In this document: in pieces, positions 42,168 through 52,271 of the stretch
Position numbering within the stretch: position 1 is the first letter of the stretch
How the letters are laid out: each line of letters starts with the position of its first letter
Assembly (NCBI GenBank): GCA_963768175.1
Contig: CAVYGQ010000001.1
Span: forward strand, 574,305 to 638,304
Reading direction: 5' to 3'
Source of the DNA: Candidatus Doudnabacteria bacterium
GTDB taxonomy: Bacteria > Patescibacteriota > Doudnabacteria > UBA920
Length of the DNA: 64,000 bases
Position numbers and translations under genes: made by a program
Notes under the pieces: generated by a model
What the model was told of the DNA's origin: nothing
Seen by the model: the letters and a program-made list of their open reading frames with translations, nothing else
Databases searched by the model: none

Positions 42168-45080
42168 TTATTTTGCTCTCGCTTCCGTCCTTAATTCCGC
42201 GCTGGCAATGTTGCTGGCTTTTTCAAAATATTTTGGCTTTATCCGCTTTAAGCCTTCCATAACTGTTTTCAGATGTTCCGCGTCCTGCTCTTTTTGCCCG
42301 CCCTCTTTTTTTGCCTGCCTGACAGCCGTAATAAAAATTTTATAAATTTGAACTAGCGGGCCAAGAGCTGCGGCTGGATCTTTGTCAATTTCGGGTTTTG
42401 TTTTTTTATAATCTTGTCGTGACAATAATTCCAAAATCTCGTCAATTTGCGAATCGGACAGCAAATTTTTGGCTCTTATTTCCTGCCAAACCTGGCTAGT
42501 CGGATTTAGATATTTCGCCCAGGCTTCTTTGTTGACGCCCAAAGCTCCGGCCTCGGTTTCCAAGGGGTTTTGCTCTTTTGCCGGAGTTTCCAGTTTAACC
42601 TCGGTCTGGATTTTGAGAAACAAGCCCGGTGCTAATTGTCCAAGCTCGTCCAACAAACTACCTGCCTTATCTTTTTCCCTACTAGACAAAACAGTTTTAT
42701 ATAACTCTTTCAATATTTCTATGCTGCCAGATGCGTTATACTTCTCAAAACCTATAATTAAACTGCGTCTGAACTTTTCCGCATCTCTTTCGCCAAAAAG
42801 CGCATTAACCGGACCGCCTGATTTTTCCATTATCAAAAACCATTTATTCAACCTCTGGGTCGGCTTGTTGCCGTTCTCTTCAACTTTTTCGGGTGTAACA
42901 ATTTTTAGCCTGAAAGCCAATGCGCACAAATCCCTCTGCCAACCTTCCAGATTGGGAATTTTGTTGGCCGCTTCCCTTGTCCGCGCTTCATCGGACAAAA
43001 CGACGACTGGTTCTGGCTTAGAAATATTTATCCCAAGATTTATTTCCCCTATATTTAAAGATATAGGAGCTTTAGACTTTTGACGATGCGACCAAATTTT
43101 GCCGTACAATTTTGCCGTTTCCTCTACCGGCGTATTAATGACTTTGGCAATGGGTTTGGCTGCTTTCTCGGCAGTACGCCTAATACGTTCAACCACACCT
43201 CCGCCACCGCCTCCACCGCCTCCACCGCCCCCGCCCGATCCTCCCCCGCCGGCGGTCATTAAAGTTTCTACGGATGAATTTCTTTTTTTATGCAAAACAT
43301 AAGCCGCGCCAAGCGATGAAAGTGCAAGAATTGCCGCCCCAGTCGCTATTACTTTACGCTCTTGCTCATCGGCAGCCAACTGCTCCGCAGTCGGCTTAAC
43401 GGCTTCATGGGCCGCAACGGCAGCGGCATTAGCGCCGGTTTCCGCCGCGTGCTGCGCTCCGGTCTGGGCCGCGGCTTTTATTACCTGCCCTGTTGCCTCA
43501 TGGGCAACGGCAGCAGCCTGTTTTAAGGTTTCCTCTAAAACCGGTACATGCACGCCGTTGGCTTCGGCAATTTTATACAATGCCTCGGCATGATGAAGTT
43601 CAAAGCCCGACTGCATATGGATATCCGGAATGTTTCCATGGATATGATGAAATCCCGGAAAATCGGCCAAACCGTGATGCGCCGTAATTTCAACACTGTT
43701 AAGCGCGGACAGCTGTTTTGTACCTTCATTTATTAATTGGTTACTGGGATGCTGGACGCCATGAGCCACATACCATTCTTTGACCGAATCCCAAACTGTC
43801 TTTTTCATCTGGATTTTCAAATCCACCGCCGCTTGCTGCACAGATTCGTGCGCGGATTTGACGGCTTCGCCAATCGCTCCATGGTTGGCGGCAACAACTT
43901 CCGCATGCCTGCTTATGATTTCTTGAGCCGCTCCGGCGGCATGATGCGCGCCAGTGGCCAAATCCACAATAGCGCCAGCTATCGCTCCGCCAACCGCTCC
44001 GGCCAAAGCCCCATACAAAGCGGCTTTGGCAATCTTGCTTTTATCCTTAGTTAAACCGTATCGCTTTAAGATTTTTTCCAGTTCCAAAAAGGTTTCCTGG
44101 TTTGTCCGTGTTTCCGTACCCGAAAAAGTAGCGCCATGAGCAGGCGCAGCTGTATGGCCATGAGCCTCATGCGTCTGAGCGACAGACACTGGTGCGGTCG
44201 CGTGAGTTGCCGTTTCCGTAGACTGCGAAGGAGGCTGCAACCAAAAACTATCGCGCAAAGCCAAAACTTTTTGTAAACGATTTGCGCCTTCCAAATTCAG
44301 CCATTCTTTCTTTTTTACCAAAACCGCCAAATCCTGCAACTGCCGGTATAAATCAACTTCCTCATTAACCTTGGTTTCCAAACCGTGCTGGTGCAAAGCC
44401 TCGGTGATTGCGATATACCGTTCCACCTGCGCCAACGGCGTTAAATTACTGGCATCTGCCAAAAGCTGCTTATAGGTATCCAAAGATGTAAAACGTTTCT
44501 TTTGTCTATGGCTTTCTCTGGCATATTCCCAAGTTCCTCCAACCGCGGCACCGGCCAAAGCGCCCGCACCAATAGTACCAAAATCAAGAAGTCTTTTTGC
44601 CCCCTCACGCACCACATATCCGGCTACGATTTTGGCCGCCACTCCTCCCGCCGCCAAACCGGCGCCGGATCCCCATTTGGCCGACTGCCAAAACCTGACT
44701 TTTTTCCCAAAAACTTTTTCTTCTTTCACCCGTCTGGTTATTTCTCCCGCATTTTGCCTCACCACCCTTTGCTGCTCGGGTGGTAATTGCTGCGTAGCGG
44801 TATCAACCGCCTGCTCAACCGGATCCCCGGCTTGGGCTTCGGTTTGTCTTTCGGGACCTGCTTCATGATTCTGTCCGGCCTGCCCCTGTTCTTGTGCGCG
44901 CACTCCCCCAGCTGCTACCGCGGGTGCGGCGGATTCAGGAGTTGCCGCAGCGGGCGCTTGGCCGTTTTCCGACGGTAAAGAATCCAAATCTCTGCGCAAT
45001 GCGGCGTTGGCATCAGGAGCTGTTTCGGTAAGCCCGTTATGATGTCTTTCTGCCATAAAATCAAATAAAATATTTCGCAT
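42168..45080 (-). CDS. Large (970 aa) membrane protein with glycine zippers, His/Ala-rich region and poly-Gly
   Basis: GAGALAGAAVGG, GALAGAVGGAIAG, GGGGSGGGGGGGGGGGGG. Confidence 0.8.
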   Translation of the reverse strand: MRNILFDFMAERHHNGLTETAPDANAALRRDLDSLPSENGQAPAAATPESAAPAVAAGGVRAQEQGQAGQNHEAGPERQTEAQAGDPVEQAVDTATQQLPPEQQRVVRQNAGEITRRVKEEKVFGKKVRFWQSAKWGSGAGLAAGGVAAKIVAGYVVREGAKRLLDFGTIGAGALAGAAVGGTWEYARESHRQKKRFTSLDTYKQLLADASNLTPLAQVERYIAITEALHQHGLETKVNEEVDLYRQLQDLAVLVKKKEWLNLEGANRLQKVLALRDSFWLQPPSQSTETATHATAPVSVAQTHEAHGHTAAPAHGATFSGTETRTNQETFLELEKILKRYGLTKDKSKIAKAALYGALAGAVGGAIAGAIVDLATGAHHAAGAAQEIISRHAEVVAANHGAIGEAVKSAHESVQQAAVDLKIQMKKTVWDSVKEWYVAHGVQHPSNQLINEGTKQLSALNSVEITAHHGLADFPGFHHIHGNIPDIHMQSGFELHHAEALYKIAEANGVHVPVLEETLKQAAAVAHEATGQVIKAAAQTGAQHAAETGANAAAVAAHEAVKPTAEQLAADEQERKVIATGAAILALSSLGAAYVLHKKRNSSVETLMTAGGGGSGGGGGGGGGGGGGVVERIRRTAEKAAKPIAKVINTPVEETAKLYGKIWSHRQKSKAPISLNIGEINLGINISKPEPVVVLSDEARTREAANKIPNLEGWQRDLCALAFRLKIVTPEKVEENGNKPTQRLNKWFLIMEKSGGPVNALFGERDAEKFRRSLIIGFEKYNASGSIEILKELYKTVLSSREKDKAGSLLDELGQLAPGLFLKIQTEVKLETPAKEQNPLETEAGALGVNKEAWAKYLNPTSQVWQEIRAKNLLSDSQIDEILELLSRQDYKKTKPEIDKDPAAALGPLVQIYKIFITAVRQAKKEGGQKEQDAEHLKTVMEGLKRIKPKYFEKASNIASAELRTEARAK

Positions 45081-45374
45081 ATATTATAGTATTTTTCCCT
45101 TAAAAATGCAAAAAACCGAAAGATAAACTTTCGGCTTTGCGAACCTTTGCGCCCAATTGCGCAAAAGCTTTACTTCATTTGATGCGTTTGATGTGTTAGC
45201 TTCGCGTGCCGCCATACTCCGCAGCAGTGGGTTTCATTCGGCCCCTTTCGGGACTTCCACATCATCCGTTACAACTGGTTACAACAACCTCTTCCCGCGC
45301 AGCATATGCTATCTTGCTACGCTTGGACAAGGGCACTGCCACCCGGTCAATACCTTCGGCCGGGAGTTACTGCT

Positions 45375-46424
45375 CTAGCTAGTCACCACCGGCGGCTCCC
45401 CTTCGGGATGCTCGATGGCGGCAGCCGGCTCAGCGGCCACTTCCGCAGGCAGCTCGCCCTCTTGGGGCGGCTGTTCAACCGCGGGAGCCGGTTCGGGAGC
45501 CGGTTCCTCGGCCACAGGGGCCGGAGGTTCGGGAGTTCCGCCACCATTCCGCTTCCGTGCCTTCAAAAGCACACGGGCCAATGCCTGATTGGCCGAAATG
45601 TTTTCCGGCGTGTCCGGCAGTTCGGTGGTGGGTTTCGGTTCGGCCGCGGCTGGCGCAGCATTGGCTTCTTCAACGTGAGCTTCTTCAGCCGCGGGAGCGG
45701 CAGCGGGGACTTCAACGTGCTCTACAGCCAAATCGGTCAGGTCGGGCGCGGGAGCCGGGTCTTCATGGTGTTCTTCTGCAGCGGAAACCTCTTCAGCCGG
45801 AGGGACGGGCGGCACTTCTAGGCCAAGACTTCCATCATCTGGGAGCTGCCTACGGCGCCAGCCGATGAAATAACCGATAGGGCCGACAAGTAGGAACAGG
45901 AGCGCCCAGAGCGGGAAGTGATTCTTGTCCTGCTCTTTCTTCAGGTCGTCCTGCGCCGTCTTGAGAGCGGCTTCGGCTCTGTCCGCGCGAGCGCTGGCAG
46001 CAATGAGGGCCTTGTTGAGCTCATCAATCCTGCCTTGCTGGTCAATACACGGCGGGCCATTGGTCGTGGCTGACCGGGAGATAGCCCCCGGGGTGCAGCC
46101 TTTGGACGGGCCAAACTTCGCCTGCTCCGCCGCGATGAACGCGACGTAGGCGGCGCGGTCAGGCCGCGCGTCAGACGGCAGATAGAGCGTCTTGTCCGTC
46201 ATAGTCCGCACCTCATCGGGGCGGATGACGGAACCGTTCTTGTGCTGCAGCTGCGGCACAAGGAAATGCGAGTGCCCGGCGGCTTTGAGAGCCGCACCGG
46301 GTCCGCAGTTGGCCGTCGGAACCGTGAGCAGGTCCGTGGCCATTACAGGTGCCACCGCAAGCATCGTCGCAAAAAAAACCGCGAACGGCTGCCCGAAGCG
46401 CCTTAACATCATCTGAAGAATCAT
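45375..46424 (-). CDS. Secreted/membrane protein with coiled coil and Pro/Glu/Ala-rich tail
   Basis: SD AGGAGGAG before MILQMML; signal peptide, TM, low-complexity tail; GC-rich. Confidence 0.7.
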   Translation of the reverse strand: MILQMMLRRFGQPFAVFFATMLAVAPVMATDLLTVPTANCGPGAALKAAGHSHFLVPQLQHKNGSVIRPDEVRTMTDKTLYLPSDARPDRAAYVAFIAAEQAKFGPSKGCTPGAISRSATTNGPPCIDQQGRIDELNKALIAASARADRAEAALKTAQDDLKKEQDKNHFPLWALLFLLVGPIGYFIGWRRRQLPDDGSLGLEVPPVPPAEEVSAAEEHHEDPAPAPDLTDLAVEHVEVPAAAPAAEEAHVEEANAAPAAAEPKPTTELPDTPENISANQALARVLLKARKRNGGGTPEPPAPVAEEPAPEPAPAVEQPPQEGELPAEVAAEPAAAIEHPEGEPPVVTS

Positions 46425-46642
46425 CTCACTCCTCCTAGAGCGTGCATGAGTGGCGAGACCCCCACCCAAGCTCTGGAATGTACTGCCAGTCTCGTTAACG
46501 GCTACTATTATTTATATAACAGCCACAAACGAGGCCAAAAGTTGCGTTTGATTTTTGGATATATATTATAACAAAAAATCCGTCTCTTGTCAATAGCCAT
46601 ATCCTCTATAAAAATGAGGCTTGACTGTACGGTTTATTAAAT

Positions 46643-46797
46643 GTTCCTCTTTCTCTATTTTCAATCAAGGTTGTCCAGCCGAAGCCGGATCTGTCCACTT
46701 TCCTTTTGGGAAACTGGGCATATTGAGCTTCGTTGTAAAGATTTAAAATGGTGATGAGGGAAGAAGGAACAGCAGGTCTTTCTTCCCCCACGGTTGA
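46643..46797 (-). repeat. ~150-bp structured direct repeat, copy 1
   Basis: Shares CAAGGTTGTCCAGCCGAAGCCGGATCTGTCCACTTTCCTTTTGGGAAA and flanks with 48289-48438. Confidence 0.9.
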
Positions 46798-46879
46798 ACG
46801 GTTTGTAAACAGGCGATCAGATCGTTAGCTTTTCCGGCCATACCAGACAGGCTAATAGAGTTTGTCATAGTCTTGGAGT

Positions 46880-48283
46880 TCATGACCACGTCCCCCTAAG
46901 GCTGATGCGCACTGGCTCAAACTGGCAATGGTGGAAGGTCAGGCCAGTTAGTCCCGGGCTAAGCGGACCGAAAGTGTATTGGACAGTGTAACGGTTCTTA
47001 AGTTTCCGGCAGGGAAATCGTTTACCATTTTTTACAACGACTTCGTCGTAGTATCCGCTGTCGGCAACTACCGGGTAATACTTACCGTCACTGCCAAACA
47101 ATTTGGTCCGTTTGTTGGGGTCGCCGGTTGTCGAGAAGAGATAGTTACCATCGGTACGATATCCGTTCCCAAATTGATGCGAAATGAACCAGGCTGTTAC
47201 AATCGTCTGGGACTTACTGGCTTCCACACTCTCTACCTGCATCAGGATGTCGTCGTCTTGAGAGCTTACTTGGTCGCTGGCTTGGCCGTAAGTGATGGAA
47301 ACCAACTGGTCAGACAGATGGTAATCTTTGGGTCTCATCAAGTAGGAAGGTGTCGCCTGAGGCTTTTTTACAAATGGCCAGCCTCGAGGCCAAATATCAT
47401 GCATAAGCCCGTAAAGGTAAATCGCGCCTAGACCACAGAAAACTACAGCGCCAAGACACATCAGAGTGACAACCTTTGCTCCACTACTTATTTCATCAGC
47501 CTTGCGTTCTAGGTCCCTAGTCTTCTGCTGCAGCTCTGACCGTAGCTGTTCTGATTCTTTGGCTTTCTGGTCAGCCAGCTCCTTGGCTTTCTGTTCCAGC
47601 TCGGCTTTTTGTTGTTCCAGGTCCTTGTTTTTCTGCTCCAGCTCAGACCTCTGCCGTTGCCGTTCCAGCTCTTGTTCTCTGGCTTTCTGTTCCATTAGTT
47701 CCCTGGCTTTTTGTTCTTCCTTGTCCTTGGCCTCTTGCTTGTCCAGCTCCTTGGAGATCACCGTGGTAAGCAGGGGAAGCTCCACGCCATAGCGCCGGTG
47801 ATACTTCTGGGCCAAGGGGAATAGCTCAATCCTACCGTTGTCAGCCTTGTAGTAACGGTACATAGGCTGGCCAAGACGGGAAAAGTGCTCCCCTTCCCTG
47901 GGTTGGGACAAAAAGTACATCCCAACCATAACAACCGAGAGTGAGGCGCAAAGAACCAGCGCCTTCTTAAAGGTGTACCGGAAGAAGATCAGCGAAATTG
48001 CCACGGGCAGGAGCAGGACAGCGGCCACGGTCAGCCAAATGCTGATCGCACCGGTAAGCAGGTCGCCCAACCCGGCAATTTCCTGAACCTTCTGGAAGAT
48101 TGTGCTGAACATCCAGCCGACCATGATCAGGCGGCTGAGCCAGAACACGATGGGGACGCAAAGGATGCCGATAACAACAGCACCCCAAAAACCCACACGG
48201 CCAAGACGCCTTACGAGCCTGACGGCACCGTAAAAAGCGCCTAACAAAACCACGACAAGGACAATCCATGCGTAGTTGTTCAT
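46880..48283 (-). CDS. Membrane-anchored coiled-coil protein with unique C-terminal domain (paralog of 40472-41674)
   Basis: GAISIWLTV, MYRYYKADNGRIELFPL, EQKAREQELERQRQRSELEQ. Confidence 0.8.
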   Translation of the reverse strand: MNNYAWIVLVVVLLGAFYGAVRLVRRLGRVGFWGAVVIGILCVPIVFWLSRLIMVGWMFSTIFQKVQEIAGLGDLLTGAISIWLTVAAVLLLPVAISLIFFRYTFKKALVLCASLSVVMVGMYFLSQPREGEHFSRLGQPMYRYYKADNGRIELFPLAQKYHRRYGVELPLLTTVISKELDKQEAKDKEEQKARELMEQKAREQELERQRQRSELEQKNKDLEQQKAELEQKAKELADQKAKESEQLRSELQQKTRDLERKADEISSGAKVVTLMCLGAVVFCGLGAIYLYGLMHDIWPRGWPFVKKPQATPSYLMRPKDYHLSDQLVSITYGQASDQVSSQDDDILMQVESVEASKSQTIVTAWFISHQFGNGYRTDGNYLFSTTGDPNKRTKLFGSDGKYYPVVADSGYYDEVVVKNGKRFPCRKLKNRYTVQYTFGPLSPGLTGLTFHHCQFEPVRISLRGTWS

Positions 48284-48288
48284 TTAAG

Positions 48289-48438
48289 GTTCCTCTTTCC
48301 ACTTTTCAAGGTTGTCCAGCCGAAGCCGGATCTGTCCACTTTCCTTTTGGGAAAATGTTCATATTGAGCTTCGTTGTAAAAATTAAATGGTGGTGAGGGA
48401 AGAGAGGCTAAGAAACAACCCCCTTCCCCCACGGTTGA
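48289..48438 (-). repeat. ~150-bp structured direct repeat, copy 2 (5' leader of 46880-48283)
   Basis: Matches copy 1; ends in SD-like AAAGAGGAA just before the ATG. Confidence 0.9.
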
Positions 48439-48507
48439 GCCTCCATGCGGAGGGCTGTGGTTGGTGACCGGGCGCGATAGAGTTTCATCGCATCGGCCGG
48501 AAGACAG

Positions 48508-48693
48508 TCAGCGCACCTTGGCCGTGACCAACTTTCGCTGGACGGCGAAGACCAGCACCAGGCCGATGAGGTTGAGGACGACGCCGATGAAAAACCACCC
48601 CACCGGGTCCCGTCCTTTGGTTTTCGCAACCCAGGCGGCGACTACGCCGAACAGGATGCAGGTAACCACGTACAATGCGTAAGTACTTGGCAT
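48508..48693 (-). CDS. Small two-TM protein
   Basis: A..KGRDPVGWFFIG..LN.IGL motif; SD AAAGAGGA. Confidence 0.75.
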   Translation of the reverse strand: MPSTYALYVVTCILFGVVAAWVAKTKGRDPVGWFFIGVVLNLIGLVLVFAVQRKLVTAKVR

Positions 48694-49035
48694 TGAGTTT
48701 ATCCTCTTTCTCTTTCTGAACGTACCGGCTTTAAGGCCGGCTCTGCCCGTATTCCGATGGAATCCGAACATAGTAAGCCCTAAATGTCAAAAATATGGCA
48801 ACCTTTAGTGGACTAATTATAGTATGCCAGAAAATAGCTCTTGTCAATAACGATTATTGGACAATTATCAATCCTAAAATCAAAAAAAACCGAACTATTT
48901 TCAAATAAAAAAGAATGGTCAAAAGAAAAACAGCAGGACGGTGAAGGTAAATACACTTCACGCACCTGCTGTTTAAAAGACTCCCCCCATCGGTGTTCCA
49001 ATTTTGTACGAAACATGAAGGTGAAAAACCCCTAC

Positions 49036-49875
49036 CTACTTGAACAAGCCACGGAGCCAGCTCGGCAGGCTGTCCACCCACCGTGACAATGGGCTGAAAC
49101 CTACCAGTCCCAAGTAGTTGTCTACTTGGTCGTGCGGCAGATTCAGCAAGAAGTCCAACTGCCGGACGTCGCCTTGCAGTTTGTCCTGCACCGCTTGCCA
49201 GAACTGCGGGGCTTTGACTGGGCCAAGATGCTTGAGGTAGGCCTGGACTTTCGGGTTCAGCTCCGGGTCTTGAGCGACCTGCGAAATCAGCAAGGGATCA
49301 GGCTCTGGCCGCTTGGCTTTGTCCGTATTTGCCGGAACGATGTTAGCGAGAAGGTCTAATTCTCGAGAATCGCCTTTCACCATTTCTTCCAGCATGCCGT
49401 CACCGATGCTGGCAACGACCTGGTGGAAGGAGCTCCTCTGTTCTAGGGTCAGAGCAGTGTACCATGCCAGAAATTGTTGACGTTTCTGCGCGTCCTGGAC
49501 GTTTTGTAGCACTGCCTGGACTCGCTGGATTTGCTGCAGGTCTTGGGCCAGAATCTGGGTATTGCGTTGTTTCCTCGTGGATTCCGACTTCTGTTCCTCA
49601 CGGAGGACAACCAGGACTTCCTGTATTACTAAATCCTGGAATTGTTGGAAGGCTGAGTGCCCTCTGAATTTGAGAGTAAACCTGGAAAGCACTTGTCTGG
49701 CGAATTCCAAGTCTTCCTCGTGGTCCAGCAACAGTTGCCTGATGTCTGACGGCAATTGTCTGGTTAGCGCCAAGGCCAAGGGTCTCTTAAACCGGTTGGA
49801 AGCCCAGTCGCTGAAATTTCCGGGTGGCTCTACCCTTTCCCGTACTCCATTCTTTTCATGGGGTGGAGTATGCAT
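49036..49875 (-). CDS. Hypothetical helical protein
   Basis: 279-aa ORF with SD AGAAAGGAGG. Confidence 0.7.
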   Translation of the reverse strand: MHTPPHEKNGVRERVEPPGNFSDWASNRFKRPLALALTRQLPSDIRQLLLDHEEDLEFARQVLSRFTLKFRGHSAFQQFQDLVIQEVLVVLREEQKSESTRKQRNTQILAQDLQQIQRVQAVLQNVQDAQKRQQFLAWYTALTLEQRSSFHQVVASIGDGMLEEMVKGDSRELDLLANIVPANTDKAKRPEPDPLLISQVAQDPELNPKVQAYLKHLGPVKAPQFWQAVQDKLQGDVRQLDFLLNLPHDQVDNYLGLVGFSPLSRWVDSLPSWLRGLFK

Positions 49876-49975
49876 AACCCCTCCTTTCTAATCTAGGCTA
49901 ACTTTACACCATATCAAAAAACCCGCTTCTAGTCAAGAGAAACGGATTCTTATATTTGTCTTATTTAAAACTTTT

Positions 49976-51223
49976 TTACGGCAAAAACGATTTAAACCAC
50001 TTTCTTACCTTAGCCACGCTTTGGTTGCTTAAGATTCTTTTAATCGCGTCTCCCAAGCTCGCGCCGGAAGGGGAAGCATATTTGTTGCCCCATAAAACCA
50101 ATCCCGCGGCCGTGGCAAAACAGGGATCGTTGACCCGGTCAATAATTGTCGTGACATTTTCCGGCCGGCCCAAAACAGAAGGCAGGCGCAGATGCTTTTT
50201 GGAAAACTCCACCACGCCCGGCAAATTGGCGCCGCCGCCGGTTAAGACAATGCCAGCCGGCAGTTTGCCGTCGCGCTGGATTTTTTTTAGCTCGCTGTTA
50301 ACATAAGCAAAAATTTCCTCCAGCCGCGCTTCAATAATTTCCACCACATATCCGCGTATTGTTGCCTGGTCCTCGTTTTTGTCCAGGCGGGACAAATCTA
50401 TTTCCTCGTTTTTATCCACGGCTTTAAGGTCGCAGTGGCCAAATTGCAGTTTAACTTTTTCCGCGGTTTCAATACTGCACCGCAGGCCAATGGCAATATC
50501 GTTGGTAATGTGGCTGCAGCCCAAGGGCAAAACCGCGGTGTGCAGCAAATCCCCTTCCTCATAAACCGCCATTCCGGTGGTGCCGGCGCCCAAATCCACT
50601 ACGCAGACGCCCAAATCTTTTTGGCGTTTTTTTAACACGCTCTCGGCCGCGGCGCAAGGAGCCAAGACTAAATCTTCTATTTCCAAACCGGCCTGCATAA
50701 TGGCTTTGGTCAGATTTTTTACAAACGGCACGCCGGCTTGGACGATAATCGTGTCCACTTCCAAGCGGATACCGCTCATGCCTAAAGGATCTTTAATGCC
50801 GGTTTGGCCGTCTAAGGTAAAGCTTTTGGGGAAAACATGCAGGACTTCCTTATTGCTGGGAATGGAGATGGCCTGGCTGGCGTCTATGCAGCGGATAATG
50901 TCGTTCTCGGAAATTTCCCCGTCGGCGCGGGAAACGGCAATTACGCCGTGGGACTGCAGCGAGGAAATATGGTTGCCGCCCACCGAAACATTGGCCGAAA
51001 CCACTGGCACTCCGGTCATGCGCTCAACTTTTTCCAGGCCCGAGGATATTGCCGAGACCGCTTCTTCTATGTCCACAATTACGCCGCGGCGCATGCCAAA
51101 ACTGGGCGCTTCGCCGGCGCCGATAATGCTAAAACTGCCAGTTTCCCTATCCAGCTTGGCCTGCACCACGCGCACACTGGCCGTACCTACGTCCACTCCA
51201 ACGATATATCGTTCCTTCGCCAT
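49976..51223 (-). CDS. ftsA: Cell division protein FtsA
   Basis: [45 protein letters not shown]. Confidence 0.98.
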   Translation of the reverse strand: MAKERYIVGVDVGTASVRVVQAKLDRETGSFSIIGAGEAPSFGMRRGVIVDIEEAVSAISSGLEKVERMTGVPVVSANVSVGGNHISSLQSHGVIAVSRADGEISENDIIRCIDASQAISIPSNKEVLHVFPKSFTLDGQTGIKDPLGMSGIRLEVDTIIVQAGVPFVKNLTKAIMQAGLEIEDLVLAPCAAAESVLKKRQKDLGVCVVDLGAGTTGMAVYEEGDLLHTAVLPLGCSHITNDIAIGLRCSIETAEKVKLQFGHCDLKAVDKNEEIDLSRLDKNEDQATIRGYVVEIIEARLEEIFAYVNSELKKIQRDGKLPAGIVLTGGGANLPGVVEFSKKHLRLPSVLGRPENVTTIIDRVNDPCFATAAGLVLWGNKYASPSGASLGDAIKRILSNQSVAKVRKWFKSFLP

Positions 51224-51401
51224 AACTTTTTGTTTCGAAAGTTTAGTAAAAAATAAGTACCTATTTGCAAAACCCTAAAATCTAAACCTCTAAATACTAA
51301 ACAAATCGCAAATCTTAAAATATAAACTTGCCCCGTTTAAAATTTTAGCCCCAGTTTATAATTTAGAATTTGTTTAGAGTTTAGTTTTTAGAATTTAGTA
51401 T

Positions 51402-51884
51402 TTACTTGAGCCGCTCCTTGAGTAGCTTTGCCATTAAAGCACCGTCCGCATTTTGGCCGACTTTGCCTTTTAACTGCCCCATAGCCTTGCCGAAATCCGC
51501 GGCGGTAAAACTGTTTCGCGCGATTATTTCATCTATTGTTTTTAAAATATCCGCTTCCGACATCTGCTGGGGCAAATAGCCTTCCAAAATTTTGGCTTCG
51601 GCCAACTCTTTTTCCGCCATCTCGCTCCGCCCGCCGGCCATAAAACCTTCCACGGCTTCTTTGCGGCGCTTGATTTCCGATTTCACCAAAGCGATAATCT
51701 CATTTTCTGTTAATTCTTTCTTGCCGGGACTTGTTTGGGATCCTTCACTTCGCTTGGGACGGCCTGCGGCCGTTTTTTCGTTTTGCAACCGAGTCTTTAA
51801 ACCGCGCAAAGTGTCTGTGGCAAGCTGGTTTCTTGCCTTCATTGCCGCGGTTAAATCGGATTCTATTTGGGATAAAGAAAGCAT
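51402..51884 (-). CDS. yqeY: GatB/YqeY domain protein
   Basis: DL..AMKAR, EIKRRKEA..F..GGR, YLPQQMSE, GKAMG. Confidence 0.92.
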   Translation of the reverse strand: MLSLSQIESDLTAAMKARNQLATDTLRGLKTRLQNEKTAAGRPKRSEGSQTSPGKKELTENEIIALVKSEIKRRKEAVEGFMAGGRSEMAEKELAEAKILEGYLPQQMSEADILKTIDEIIARNSFTAADFGKAMGQLKGKVGQNADGALMAKLLKERLK

Positions 51885-52022
51885 GAAGAAATAAAAATTT
51901 AAAAATCAAAGTGCAAAACGATGCTTCAGCATCGTCCCGAACGTTAGTGAAGGATCCCTCGCTTCGCTCGGGACGGCATAAATGCCGTTGTTAATTTTGA
52001 TATTTACATTTTAAATTATTTT

Positions 52023-52271
52023 TTACCTCCGTCCATATCTCTTAGTCGGAACTAATTTGCCCATTTTCTTTAACTCTTCCTTTTGGGCTTTTATCTGGCT
52101 GCGCCTGCGCGCCGCCACTTTTTGCAAATTTCTGGACTTGGGCGGCTCAAAAAAACGGATTTTGCGGGCGCGAATAAGCACGCCGCTTTGTTGGATTTTG
52201 CGGTTAAATCGGCGCAATAAACTATCAAAAGATTCGTTGTCTTTTTTCTTAACTTCTACCAATGCGTTCAC
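52023..52271 (-). CDS. rpsU: 30S ribosomal protein S21
   Basis: V.KKDNESFDSLLRRFNRK...RFFEPP. Confidence 0.9.
   Translation of the reverse strand: MNALVEVKKKDNESFDSLLRRFNRKIQQSGVLIRARKIRFFEPPKSRNLQKVAARRRSQIKAQKEELKKMGKLVPTKRYGRR

Noticed and set aside
46643-48438. Integron attC sites
   Set aside because: The repeats lack the RYYYAAC...GTTRRRY single-hairpin layout and no integron integrase is present.
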